Source: the human T2T-CHM13v2.0 reference genome, Homo sapiens
Assembly (NCBI RefSeq): GCF_009914755.1
Contig: NC_060947.1
Length of the DNA: 64,000 bases
Direction: 5' to 3' (one strand)
The translations under genes and the position numbers were made by a program. Shown one piece after another: positions 1 through 14,259 of this stretch. Positions within the stretch are counted from its first letter, which is position 1. Each line of letters begins with the position of its first letter. The notes under the pieces were generated by a model, which did not search any database, was not told the origin of the DNA, and was given only the letters and a program-made list of their open reading frames with translations.

Positions 1-163
1 AATAAGAAGAAAATGACTAAAACTGACTGCAAAAAATAAGAATAAAAATAATAGAAAAGTTACAACTGGTATTTAAGAGAACATGGATGAAAACTTATCA
101 TATTAATTAAAGCATGGTATTAAAAAGCAAATTCACTTAGCTGTTCTTCCTTTATGTTTATAA

Positions 164-599
<436 letters not shown>

Positions 600-1379
600 T
601 AGCAGAATCTCTCCTATCAAATTTTTTAATTGACAAAAATAAATATTAAAAGGACCCCATTAATGCTGCATAGCTAAATTGAGTAAGTACACATCTGGTT
701 ATAGAGGTTATACATGCTGGGGATGAGTAGATGGTTATTCCAACCTGTTACTGTTCTCACAGATGTCAGTTTGTAATTACTACCTCTTGTCAGAAAGATG
801 CTACCCACATGGATTTCCCAGAATTTAGTGAAGAGAGTCAGAATGGAGAAAGTGAAGGAGCTTTGGGCTTGGTGATAAAAAGACAAGTAATATATAACAT
901 TTTTCCCCTTAAAAAACGTTTCTCAGAATAAGTGAAGCATTTAATGAATGCCTTTGGAGCTATCAAATATTTGTCTTTTCCTGAGATCCAGACGCATTAC
1001 ATTTACAAACTACCGAGTTATGTGTACCTGTATTTCATTGTTGGCATTTTTTGATAGAAACTTGTGGTATGCAAAAGGAAATGAAAAGCTTATAGTAGAC
1101 CCCCAACACTAGTCTTACAAATTCAAGCCAATACATCAATTTCATATTATTCAGTGTCACCCATTTGCCTTTGACATCTTTGCTCACAATATTTTCTTGC
1201 CTTGCTATTTGTCCTTCAGAGTTCTGCTCAAATTCTACCTCTTCTCTAAAAGTTTTCCTGTTTATCTCATATTCCTTTTCCATTTCTCTGAATGTCTCTG
1301 TAGCACTGAGGCCTCAATTATATGTGATCTTACATTGTTCTCTAAATTCTTACTCTGATTTGCTTCACTATCCTGACTG

Positions 1380-1555
1380 CTCCTCCAGGAATGGGCATTT
1401 CTCTAGCTTCAGTTCCTCTCTTTATACAATGAGGGTGACAATATAACCATGTTAAAGGCTTCTTTGGAGGATTAAATGAGATAAACCATGTTAATCGTGG
1501 ATAGCACAGAGTCTGGCACACATTAAGTATCCAATAAACTTTAGCTATTGTTATT
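1380..1555. mobile_element. MIR SINE fragment
   Basis: MIR core and tail motifs: cttcagttcctctctttatacaatgaggg, gaggattaaatgagata, ctggcacacattaagtatccaataaa. Confidence 0.75.
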
Positions 1556-4500
1556 ATGTGCTCTAAAGGCTTAGTAATTGATAGCTTGATTAAGTTTTCT
1601 TTCAAGTCTGAATTTTAAGAGAATATAATTTTTTGTCTGCTAGAAATAGCCTCAGAGTGTGTCTACAAAAGTAGAACAACTAGTTAAACATTGAAAATAT
1701 GGTTAACTAGTTGCTTTCTCTACATGCCACTAAAAACCAATTTGGCTGAATTATCTGAGTGAAATAATTGACTGTTTAGGAATAATGGCATCAGAATGTG
1801 CATAATACATAAATTTTCACCAGTAATCACTGCTAAGTAATATAAGTTGAATAAAGTCATGCCCATGAGGCATTTAGATAGAATTGCCACTTAACTCAGT
1901 AAAACAACCATTTTGACAGGCTTTAAGATAATTTTTTTCTGACTTCATCAATTTATTCTGTAAGTTGAATAAATTGCCTGGGATTTTGTGTATAGAAACA
2001 ACTTCAATCTCTTTAAGTCCTGTCCTGATTTCTTTTAAGTACCAAATACATGGACCAATACTTACTCTTCTTATACTCCTGCTGTGGGGAATTTTCCAGT
2101 TTCAACAAAACATTAAGAAATGACATGAAATGCACATGCAGTGTCTGCCTCACAGGCACTAATGTTAATACAATGCATTTTGCTTGACAAATCAGCACCA
2201 CTTGAATAGAGGCCTTGTTACCCATATTCTCCTATATAGTGATCTCTGCATTCCCATTTTCTCACATTTTGGTGGTAAAAAATACATTCCATTTTGCAGT
2301 GGACTTCACTGACTATCCAGACAATAAGCACAAAATTGTCTCAGCCTGTGTGCAAATATCTTACTCAGCAGTCAGGGCTACTCAGGAGGATGGCCTTTTA
2401 GCACAGGAAATAGTGTTCCAGGTTTCTGGAAAGATCAAGGGAGAGCAAAGCTTTATTGAGAATGTGACTCAGTGTGATACAAGCTTCTGGCATATACCCA
2501 AGGTAATGTCAGTAACTTATTTATTTGGAATTTATACCCTGACTTTTTTCAGAAGGCTTTGAGGTAGTTTATAAGTTGTGTATAATGTAAAAAAAAAAAA
2601 AAAAAGACAAGGAACATTTAGGGCTTAAAACAATAAAAACCATTCTGTTAGTACAGCTATGTTACTCTCAACTACGGAACTGTTCCTTACTTATTTAATC
2701 AGTGAGGGGTTTTCTCGCTTTGTGTCCTTTAGCAAAGTAGGCCTTAAATGAAAATTTTCAGGCACTCTTTATTGTTGGCAAGGTCACTGGTGGTCTCTGA
2801 GATTTTGTGCCTCCTGCCTCCCGACTGCCCAAGAAGGCTGCCCTCCTGCATTGTAGTTTCATCCCAAACAGGGTGCTTGGGGACCTAGATGCCCACCACT
2901 GAGTTACACAAATCAGCCTTTAGCTGCTTTGTGACAGCAAATACAAATGGGTATGATGTGCATATGTGCTTCTCAGTGAATCATTCATCATCTGCATGAT
3001 GTGTCTCCCCAGGCAAGAGGTATGGTAGCACAGCTCCCTCAAGTAAAGCATGTCTGATAAATTTTGTAGAGTGTTAGTGGAAATTTTCAGTGTTTTTCTT
3101 TCTAAATGCTTAGTTTATCTTGCCCACCAAAAGCATAGCACAAACAACTTTGCCAACATCTATGAAGCTCTAAGACCAAGCTCTGCTCTTAAAGGTTTGG
3201 GAAAGTGATTTGTATTCTTTAGTCTTCCAGAGTGAAGAATTAAAGTTTCCATAGTTTTGGCTTTACTGGTTTTCTTCTGACCACTAGCTATCTGCTGTGG
3301 TGCAGAGACATTTCCTGTAGGGATACATGCCTTAGCAATTTGTTTTCATCACTGTCACATCAACTCAGCATTTTCTTGTCATCTTTCAGTTCTGATAAAC
3401 TGCTTCTGAATTGACAGCTGTCACCAAGATGCTTACATAGCAATTTAAGGTTGGTCTAATTGACAAAGGTTAAATTTTCTACTTGCTCACTAAACACTAA
3501 GAAATTGGGGGTGATTATAGTTAGGAGCTATTGCCTTGTTATGTGTAAATGAATTATGGAACACTGTAGTTTCTATGCATCTTAATAGAACTAGATGTAA
3601 TATCTTGTTTCTAAATGGATCAAAGATTGAATTCACAGGAACTCTAGAATTCATTTTATTATTAGCATTATTGATAGGAAGGTGCCAATATATAGACTTT
3701 GCCGTCTTTTGTTAGCACATGATACCTACTCTCATTCCAGTTAAGGCTTGAATGCCCAAGAAGGCACTATGACAATATTACTGCTTGAAATAATTTTGTT
3801 TTACTTTTTATTGTGCTTTTATTGAAGTCTGTGTTTTTAAATTTAAAAACATGCACTCCACACATATTAAAATGCTTTTTAAGATGTTTTAGAAATTGTG
3901 TGTCAAAGAAATTCACTGATTAAGTAATGCTACCCTTTCTTTTCATATGCATATGCAATTTTTCACTGAATATGGACATGTACCTTTCTAATCTACAAAC
4001 ATACAACTATGTGATGGTATAGGAACTGCTGATACTATTTGTACTCACTTAAGGTAATAAAGAGGCTTATTTAGGGCTGATCACAAAATGAGTTTTCATA
4101 AAGTGAATTACATTTCTCATTTTATTACTTTATTATCCTTTTTATATATGGATACTTCATCTCAGCTATAGTAACACAGGGAACAACTGGTGGACAAAGT
4201 GTGTGTATATCCTCCCCCAGAAAAGCCTGGGGTAACCTTTGAGAAGTATAGTGCATAAGAAATGTAGTGCCTAAGTATTTGCTCTTTCGCTCATTCCTTT
4301 GTGGTTAATTTCAATGTAGGCATACTGGGGTGTACATCTTGAGCCTGGGCAGCAAACAAGGCATAGGGTTTGGCCATTCTTATTATGCTCTTGGCACTGA
4401 ATACTCTAATATCATTATGCTTTTCCCTACAATGAGCCATCTTTCTTATAAGGCTGTACTTCTAGTCCCAAAGAGAGACTGAATGAGTGTGGATGGCCCA

Positions 4501-6821
4501 ACCTACCCTCATAACTGAGAGACCAACTCAGATTGCATGGTTTGTACCTGCTGCTAGAAATAAACGGGATGTGAAGAAGAGTAAAGAATCATATTGTTGG
4601 CAAGGATAATTCTCATTAAATATTTTTTCCAGTTTGAATCTTCTTTCTGTGCATATGTAGCATATTTTGCTCCCTTGGACTACATCTTCTCAAAGGACAG
4701 CTATTATTCCTATTGTTTACATTCATACAGTCCTCTTACTGCCCAATATTTGAAATATTTTAAGTTTACGAGGGAAAAAATGAACATATGACTATATTCC
4801 TTCATCAAAAAATGGTTTCCTATTTCAATATCCTCTCTGTTCTCTGGATTTATCAACTCCAAAATTAGTTTTAACCATGTCTGTAACTATAAAAGCACAA
4901 TAAAAGGTAAAAAAAAATTATTTCCCAAACCATTTCAGACTAATTATTGGAACTCATTTTGTCATGACTCTATTTCTCTTTTATTGTCTTCATCTCTTTC
5001 ATTTCATTGTATGTATGTATAACACACATATGCATGTAAAAAATCAGATTCCACTGCCATACTTTTCTATTTTCTTGTTTCTTCCTCCTGCCTTTAATAA
5101 GCTGTAAGCATTGCTTAAGTTCTCCTATTCTGATTCATGTTTCAGGTAGCTAATGTACCACTCCTTGTTTTCTGTGATGAAGTTAGGAACAATTTGACTC
5201 TTGACTATCGTTTGTGTTACCCTCAGTCACAGTTGTTCTGTACTAGATGTTGTTGACAAGGCAATAATAAGCCCTATTAAATCCTACCTCTTACATCACC
5301 AAAATCTATGTTATTGGCTAGACAAATTGGGCCGATGTGTATCTCTTCACTCAGAAAGTTTTCATGACTTCTCCATGTATAAGGACTCATAAGCAAACAC
5401 TATACAAATCTGGAAAATATATTTCCTTGTGTGGTGTAAAAGTCACAGGAAAGTATTAAATTTGGCTTGGGTAATGGGATATTCTTCCTCATTTGTATCA
5501 TGCAAATAAAACTCCGTAACATTTTACAAATCACATACCCACCCTCTCTCCCCTTGGGATGGGGTTGGAGGTGTATGTTTTTTTTTAACAATGGTAGCAT
5601 TCTTTTTGACACAAAGCAAGGCAGTTCAAAATAACACTGAAACAATCCTACATTCATGCTTCTTCTTCTTCTTTACAAGGCATCTGACAGGAAAAGTATC
5701 AATGTGCTAATCTCCACAGCAAATCATGAGATAATGGACATCTTGCAAAAGAATATAAGGTGACTTGAGGATTATAAAGGTAATCTTGTAATGCTTTTGA
5801 AAACTCTTCGAAAGCACTAAAACATCAATGGCCTGAGAGAGAAGGAAGACCTTTAAAATATATTGCATATTATTATTCAATAAGGCAAAAGCATTATTTG
5901 ATGCCTTCTTTGGGATCAGTAGCAGTTGAAAGACCTGTGTTGCAAAATTATATTTAAAGGTCAACAGCTGTTTTATTCCAGATGGAACCTACTCCTGAAG
6001 ATGTTTAAACACTTTTTTATAGAAATTGTGATTACTGTAGTGATGCTAGTCTATCCCTATAGAATTTCTAGGACCTATTGGAGAAGAAATACTTTAGTAA
6101 GGATATTTGGCCTTATTAACCCTAGTAAAGCTTGATGTAAAAAATCATAAGGTGACTAAATGCATGAGAATTGGCTTGAAATTCAGCTTACTAGTAGGAG
6201 GCATTAGGACATAACTTTCCCCTGCAGATTTGAAGGAATAATGCTAGACAGCATTAAGTAGTGAGAATGCTTACTACTCATATACCTCCTTACTGTCTCT
6301 CCCTAAGACTTTGAACATTTTTAGTCTTTAGACACACTACTTTTGGCCCTATTCAATGTATTACTATTTATGTACAAGATAGTAATACATTAGTACATTT
6401 AAGTTATTAAGTAACCCAGGCAAAGGAAGATTTTATACTGTACATGTCTGAGGCTCAGTGCTCAAGGGATTAGGCAAGTTACATGAGTTTGTCAAAGGGA
6501 AATTCAGAGGAGAAGTTTACACAGTAGCCAGAGGAAGGTTAAGAGTCTTAGAATCAGGCCCCAACAGAAAATTGAGATAATAAGCAGAATACAGACAGGG
6601 GCCAGAAAGCCTTTCAAAGAATGGACAGAATGTCAGAGGTCTACCTGCCAACTGGTAGGAGATTAGGAGGGCTGTCCAGAGGGGCACTGATGCCAATGAA
6701 TTGAGCCTAGAGTGTTCACACTGTGTTCACATTAATGGCCAAGGCTGTATCTATTAGGAACTCAAAAAATGAGTCTATAAGCCAGAATTTCAAGGGTTTC
6801 ACTCCCTTTGTTGCATCTTTT

Positions 6822-7450
6822 AAGCCAACATTTATTGAGTACCTACTTTGAGCCAGGTACTGAGACAGGCTCTAGGGAATTCAGAAATTTATAAAATAGG
6901 GTCCCTGCCTACCAGGAGCTTACACTGTTGTGGGGAAGACAACTAAGAAAATCTACAATTATAAAAGCATGCTGTGATAAAATTATTCAGTAAGAGCTAA
7001 GGGAGAGCAAAGGAGGAATACCTGCATTTTATGTAGGTGTGGGTTATTGGTCATATGTGAGCAAAACCGAAAATAATCTTAGAAGGAGATGCCACTGAAG
7101 TTGAATTGTTAAAAATAAGGAGATTTGGACAGGTGGATGAGGAAGCAATGGAAGGCATTCAAATTAGCAGGAAAAACATGTACTAAGGCATTGAGGGAGG
7201 CAAGTGTGGCTTCTTGAAAGAGCCATACATAGGCCAGTTTTGCTAAAAATGAGAGTGGAAGGGAAGAGATTACAGAAGACAATGCTAGAAATTTAAACAA
7301 GGACCAGATCATGAATGGCCTTTGTAGAACATAGTAGAGAAACTGGATGTTACCTTGGAAACAGCAGGAAACTACTGAAGGATACTAAGTAGAGAGTGAC
7401 ATGATCAGATTTGCATTTTAGAAAAAAAGCACACTGGCAGCTGTGTGATA
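6822..7450 (-). mobile_element. L2 LINE 3' fragment
   Basis: Antisense L2 tail (caacatttattgagtacctact...gccaggtactg) followed by a purine-rich body including gacatgatcagatttgcattttagaaa. Confidence 0.8.
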
Positions 7451-8799
7451 AGCAGGGGAGTTAAATGAGTACAGGAGAGGTACACAGAGGGGTATACCTA
7501 AGTCAGTTAATAACTGACAGGTTAAATAAGCCCTTACACCGGGTACTTGCATTTGTGGAATACAGAGTTTGAACTCCTTATCTCTTCAGAATTTTTTAGA
7601 AGAGTTCAAGACATTACCAGGATGTGATGGTTGAAGGACAGTGATTTCAGACATAGCCATAGATTATTGCTGCATAATGTAGTTGGAGGGCTACCAAGAT
7701 GCAGGGGCAGTATTTCTACCATAATGAGAATGACATCAAGGAAGACATCGGCCTCCCACCTGGCCGTTATGGCTCTGTCAGAGGTGGAATCCTGACTTTT
7801 CTCATCACCAGCAATGTTATTAGGGAAAAGCAAGAATTTGACGTTTCTCTTTGGGCCCTATCTACTGAATATGAGTGTTTGAGATTTAACTTTTTTCATT
7901 CAGAGAATGAAAAAGGCCACAAAATCCAAACAACCTTTCAATTTTCATTTATAATTGGTTTACAATTATACCAACATCAGGGCCTCTCCTAGCTCAAGCA
8001 GTATTGTTCTATGATTTAGCTTGAGCAAGAATAGGGAAAACTTAATTTTAGATTTGCAGTTTCTCTTGAGTTAGAGTCCACAGCTACATTAGTACCCACA
8101 GTTTCCTTTGGAAGTGAAATGAAAACTCACCATTACCTGTTTTGAATTGTGGTCTGGCAGCTGAGCACCTTGACATTGTAAATCGAGCAGAGTCACTTGA
8201 AAGGAAATAAAAGTTACACTGATTTTGCACATTCATTTTTTTTTATTGCCTAATGCTAGTTGACCAAAATGTATTCAGCCGAGAGAGTTGGGAAATTGAT
8301 TTTATTGAAATTGATAAGTAAAACATATATAAATTAGTAATTACAAAACCATAAAATGTTTCTTATAGGTTAGGCATCTTTATGCATGAGTCTGATATTA
8401 ATTGTCTCTAATGATGGTGCCGAATTGATCCTTCCATTAATATTTTGCAAGTTCAGCTGTTATTTTTGGCACCCTCTGTGAATGTCAACAATTTGCTTGC
8501 AAAGAAATGATAGCATATTAAGCTTATGTATACAAGCCAATATTATTTAACAAGGAAGTACAATGTTGCTGAAGACAAAGCTAGTTTGAAGAGTAAAGGC
8601 AAACAGCTAATCAATCTTTGGTTGTGCACTATTATTTAAGAGGGAAAATTTAACTTAAATTTTGTTTACTATTAAGCTCAGAGTTTGGTTTTAAACTGTG
8701 ATTTAATTGCATAACTTCTAGTATGTGGTTGCCTTTCATCTTGATGTTATATTCATTGAAGCTTTCAAAGAAGTGCAGATAGGACTTATTTCCATCCCC

Positions 8800-9045
8800 A
8801 AGTCAACATTTATTGAATTTTTATGTAGTGCCAGGCACCATACTAACTGCTTTCATAGAGAATATCTTATTGAATCCTCACTACACAACTCTATGAGACA
8901 AGTATAATTTACATATAAGTAATCTAAACTCTAGGATCATGAAATAATATGTCCAAGATTTCACAGCTATTAAGTAATAAAGCCAAGATGTGAACTTCGG
9001 CTGTCTGAGTCTAGAGAACTCACTCTTAACCACTATGCTATACTG
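8800..9045. mobile_element. MIR SINE
   Basis: catttattga...gtgccaggcac...aatcctcactacacaactctatgag...ctgtctgagtctagag...tcttaaccactatgcta. Confidence 0.75.
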
Positions 9046-9179
9046 TATTACAGTTTATTTTTAGCCAAAGCTGAAATTATCAGCTAAGAAGATGATTACT
9101 ACCATTATGAACAGGTATTCTGGGTTCAGAGCCAAATTTTTATGTATATTAAAATTCTTAATCCCTCCTACCCTATAAT

Positions 9180-9705
9180 CCAACTTCCACTTCTACATAA
9201 TTACCAAAGAGAAATGAAAACATATGTCTACAGAAAGACTTGCTAATGAATGTTCATTGCTACTTTATTTATAATAGCCCCAAATTGGAAACAATCCAGA
9301 TTTCTATCAACAGGTTAATGGATTGTATTCGTACAATAGAATAGCACTCAACAATTAAAATAGGTGAGCTGCTGAGATACACACAACATGGATGAATTTC
9401 ACAGACTTAATGATGAGGGAAAGAAGCCAGGCATAGCCAAGTACATACTGTACGAATCTATTTATGTAAAGTTCTAGAACAGGAAAAACTAAACTGTGGT
9501 GAAAAAAATCAGAACAGTAATTACTTCTGGAGAGGAATTGATTAAAAAGGGTACAGAGTAACTTTCTGGGGTGATGGAAATATTTAACTTGATTGTGATG
9601 TGAGACACACAGGTTTATGCATCTGTAAAAAACCCATTGAACTATATACTTAAGATCTGTCCATTTCATTCTTTATAAATTGTACCTCAATAAAAATATT
9701 AAATA
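9180..9705 (+). mobile_element. Ancient L1M (L1MB/MC/ME-type) 3' end
   Basis: agagaaatgaaaacatatgtctacagaaagacttg, ccaaattggaaacaatcc, actttctggggtgatggaaatatt, ending in tacctcaataaaaa. Confidence 0.85.
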
Positions 9706-10164
9706 AGCAAACAGAATAAGGGCAAAGTTTAACCCTTAAAATAACTTTTACATAGTCCAAATGGGTAAAGCATATCTAGTTCATTATCAGGCCAGGAATC
9801 CAGATTCAAGGGTATCTACTCTGAGGAGGCCAGTATGAGGCTTTAAGGATGTGCAATGAAATTGATAGAATGTGCCTAGCCACATGGTTCTAAGAGTTTT
9901 CACCCAAAAGACATGAGAACAAGATATCAGGGCCTAGGCTGATCCCCAAGAAAATTACTGTGAGCTCCTTGTGGGAAGACGCAGAGTTTTTCATCTCTGT
10001 AATACCAGTGCTTGATACACTAGGAGACTTGCAAGAGTAAAGTGAGCAGCAGGACCCAGTCAGCTGGCTGTGATGATAGATGTACAAGACCTGGGTATTT
10101 CAGACTCTCAAGTAGAAGAGAGCCATGGAAGCAGGCTGGGGGCTCCAAATACGCTACTGCCAAT

Positions 10165-10520
10165 TTTGCTAAGACCTATTCAGGTCTTTGCTCAAATGAC
10201 ACCTCCTCAGAGAGGCCTTCCCTGACTACTTCATCTAAAATAATCATCCTTACCCCCACCATCACACTCTGTCCTCTTACCATGCTTTATTCTTCTTCAT
10301 AGCCCTTATAATATGCTACACAGTTATTTGCTTACCTACTCTTTGTTTCTAGTTACTCTTTGTTTCTAGGTACTTTTATTCTTTGTTATCTATTTACTCT
10401 TTGGTGTTTAATATAAGCACCCTAAGAGCTGGGACTTTATCTGTTTTTCTCACTATTGTATCTTCAATACTTAAAAAAGTGCCTGGCACATAGCAGCTGT
10501 TTAATAAGTGGCTATTAAAA
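10165..10520 (+). mobile_element. L2 3' end
   Basis: tcaggtctttgctcaaatgacacctcctcagagaggccttccctgac ... gtgcctggcacatagcagctgtttaataa. Confidence 0.8.
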
Positions 10521-11364
10521 GTAACATATTAGTAAGACTTGCTGGCTGAAATTAAATAGTCCAGGTCTATCCAAGTGAGAGCAGAATCTATCTCTTACAT
10601 GGCATAAAAGTGTGATTACTTGTACCTAGAGTTATGATATTATACTCAGAAACATTGGTCTGTTTCACAAAATGTGCCCATTGTAACTAAAAAAAGCAGG
10701 CAATGATCAAGAAAATGCAAGTAAAGGCCTGGCTATCAGGCTGAATTGAGTTGCCTTTAGTTGTAGTTTCTTTCCATCACTTGGGCTGTGGAGTTCAAAT
10801 AGTCTCAAGAGCAAAGTCACAAGCTCCAATTTATCTTTATGATAGAATGTGCAGAAAGTGCTACTTTTCTGTGTGTTGACATCTGTCAGAGCTAGTCTCC
10901 TTTCATTCTAAAAGAGATCAATCCTTCATGTGATAGAGGATTATCCTCTTTGCCACCTATAAGCTGGCTTTGATCCCTCTTATCTCTTTTCCTGAAAGGG
11001 TGTCACCATTTTACCATTTCTCTAGCAACCTGCAGGGTTCCAAACAATGCACTATTTTAATTTAAATAGAGTCATACCTACTCAGCCACTCACATATATG
11101 GCTATTTTAGTGGCTTGAGCCTTTTCAGATTTTCTGAAATGAAATCTCCAAATATCAGATTCTTAATTTAGGATAATAAAAGAAGGAGGTTATGCTATCA
11201 GAGCAATACATAGTGTTATGCTTTTTTTCCCCCTATCAGAGTCATTCCCCAAACATAATAGGTTTAGTTTTCTTCACAGTGGGAACTTGAATTTGCTCAA
11301 CAAGGAAGTATATATTGAGGTTCAGCCTTACTAGCCTCAATGCCAGTGTGAGTCAGTTCATCTT

Positions 11365-11670
11365 ACTTCAGTTCAGCAAACATGTAATGAAGTCTTGCTG
11401 CATGTTATTCAATGTGCTAGATAAAAAGATTAAAAAACAGATCAATGAACCTTTGCCCTCATGAGAATATTGTCCATAAGTATGTACCAAGCAATTGGAG
11501 ATATCATGAGTAATATAAATGAGAACATGCAGGGTACCATGGGTACAAACTTCAAGGAGAAAATAGTCCATAGGTTCAGGAAATACTTCCCTGCAGAGGC
11601 AATAGTTAAGCTGAGACTTGTAAGATAATTGGAAATTAGCCATGGACAGACTGAAAATGGTTATATTTCC
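11365..11670 (-). mobile_element. L2 fragment
   Basis: ttcagttcagcaaacatgt ... caggaaatacttccctgcagagg ... agctgagacttg. Confidence 0.6.
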
Positions 11671-12288
11671 CACTAATTGACCACATCTTTGATTCTAGCA
11701 TACATGCTAGCATACAGTCATGCCGAAGCCCATTGGCTCTTTTTCTTAAGTAGATAACAAAGAACTGGATGAATAGAGAATATTATGCTTTGAATAAGTT
11801 TATTCAATCATTTAACAAATGGTTATTAAGTGCTTACTATGTGCCAGACACTGTGGTAGGCCCTAAGAATAAGTCAGTAAGGCAGATGAGGTGTTTGAGA
11901 TCAAAGAACTTACATCTAATGGAAGGTGAAAGACAAGAAAATATCAGGTACCAATAAATATTGAAACTGAAGTAGAGAAAGACTGGGGGTTTCCTGTTAA
12001 TTAGGTAGGAGGTGACATTTATGCTGAGACATAAATTATAAGAAGGAGCCAGACAAGTGAGTATTCGGGAACCAACATCCCAGGAAGATGTAGCATCAAG
12101 GGTAAAAACCTAAGGAAGCAAACATTTGTCAAGCTAGAAGGACAAATAGGCCACTATCACTGGAGCATAGTGGACAAGGGAAGAGCGTAGATAGAGATGA
12201 GGTAGACAGGAGTCAGTTCATGTGTAGTTTTGTGAACTTAGGGAAGTATTTTGGATTTTATGCTAAGTGGGAAGGGAATCCCTTAGAA

Positions 12289-12615
12289 CTTCACTGTCCA
12301 ATATGGTAGCAACTATTCACATGTGGACATTGAGCATTTAATATGTGGCTAGTCAAAATTGACATGTACCAAAGATTTAGTATGGAAACAGGAATGTAAA
12401 ATGTCTCACAAATAATTATTTTATGGACTACATATTGAAATGACAATATTTTGGATATACTAGGATAAACAAAATATATTAGTATTGGGTTAACCAAAAT
12501 TATCTAATTTTACCTGCTTCTCTATACTTTAAAAGTGTGGGTATTAGAAAGTTTAAAGTTACATTAGTGGCTTATATTTGTGTTTTACATTACATTTCTG
12601 TTGGACAACACTGCC
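12289..12615 (-). mobile_element. MER33 (hAT-Charlie DNA transposon)
   Basis: About 325 bp with TIR-like ends cactgtccaata...ttggacaacactg and an AT-rich core; same family as 63643-63953 in the opposite orientation. Confidence 0.85.
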
Positions 12616-13651
12616 ACAGAAGGTTTCAAGCAAGTAAGTGATATGATATTATTTCTGATCTTTTGAAGATCACAGGGGCTGTTGTACAGAGAAAGGATTG
12701 GAAGAGGCAATACTGGAAGCATGGGAATTAATTAAGAGACTTTTTCAACAGTTAGAAAAAGATAATGCTGGCTTGAGCTAAACAGATAGCAGTGAAGATA
12801 ATAGGAAAAGGTACAGCTTATGATGTTTATGGTAGGTAGAGTTGATTTTATTTCCTTATAGTTTGGCTCTAAGAAGATGAGGAAAAAAGTTTCCAAAGAA
12901 ATAAAGCTTTGGATTTTTAGCTTGAACAATTGTGTATGTGGTGGTACCATTTAGTAAGATGAAAAAGAGAGGAGAGACAGTTTCTGATTGAGGGTAGAAA
13001 TCAAGAGTTCTGTTTTGGAGATATTGAGTTTGAGATACTTGCTAGATATCCAAGTTGATGAGTCAAGTAAGAAATTGAACATAAGACTCTGAAATTTGGG
13101 AAGAGGTCGGAGCTGAAGATATAAATTTAGGATTCCTAAGCATGTAGCTATAAACACCATCTGTGGGAAAAGACCATCACCCAGTGACAGTCTGTAGAGA
13201 AAAGAAGAGGGCCAAGGACAGAGTCCTGGGGCATGATATCATAAAGAGTTTGAATAAAAAAGGAGAATCCAACAAAGGAGATAGGGAACATCTGGTGAGT
13301 TACAGGTTAAAAAGGAGTGGTAACAAAGAACACAAGTATAGAAAGTGTTACTTTAAGAAGGAAGTGGTCAACTAACTTATATGGTGTTGAGAAATCAAGT
13401 AAAGTGAGGACAGAGAATTTCTATTTGGAAACATAGAGGTCATTGGTGACCTTGGTGAAGTATGGGTGGCAGAAGGCCCATTGGAGTGAAATGAGGGGGA
13501 GGATGTGAGTGAGGAAGTGGAGACAGTGAATGTGACAACTTTTTCAAGATTTGCCTTGAAGGAAAGTAGAGAAATGGGGCAGTAGCAGGAGAAGAATATG
13601 GTAACAAGGGGGAATTTTCCTGTGTGTTTGTTTTATTAAAATAGAACGTAC

Positions 13652-13958
<307 letters not shown>

Positions 13959-13960
13959 TT

Positions 13961-14259
13961 ATTATTTTATTTATTTTTGAGAGAGGGTCTTGCCCTCTTA
14001 TCCAGGCTGGAGTGCAGTGGTGCAATCATAGCTCATTATAACCTGGACTCCTGGACTCAAGGGATTTTCCCTCTTCAACCTCCCAAGTAGCTGGGACTAT
14101 AGGCATGTGCCACCATGCCTGGCTAACATTTGTGTTTTGTAGAGACAGTGGGTCTCACTATGTGACCCAGGCTGGCCCCAAACCTTTGGCTTCAAGTGAT
14201 CCTTCTACCTCAGCCTCCCAAAGCACTGGGATTACAGGCATGAGGCACTGTGCCCAGCT
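13961..14259 (-). mobile_element. Alu (AluJ-like)
   Basis: Antisense Alu with 11-bp TSD TAGAGTATTTT at 13950-13960 and 14260-14270. Confidence 0.95.

Noticed and set aside
10338-10400. 17-bp tandem repeat TACTCTTTGTTTCTAG(T/G)
   Set aside because: Ordinary slippage within an L2 tail.
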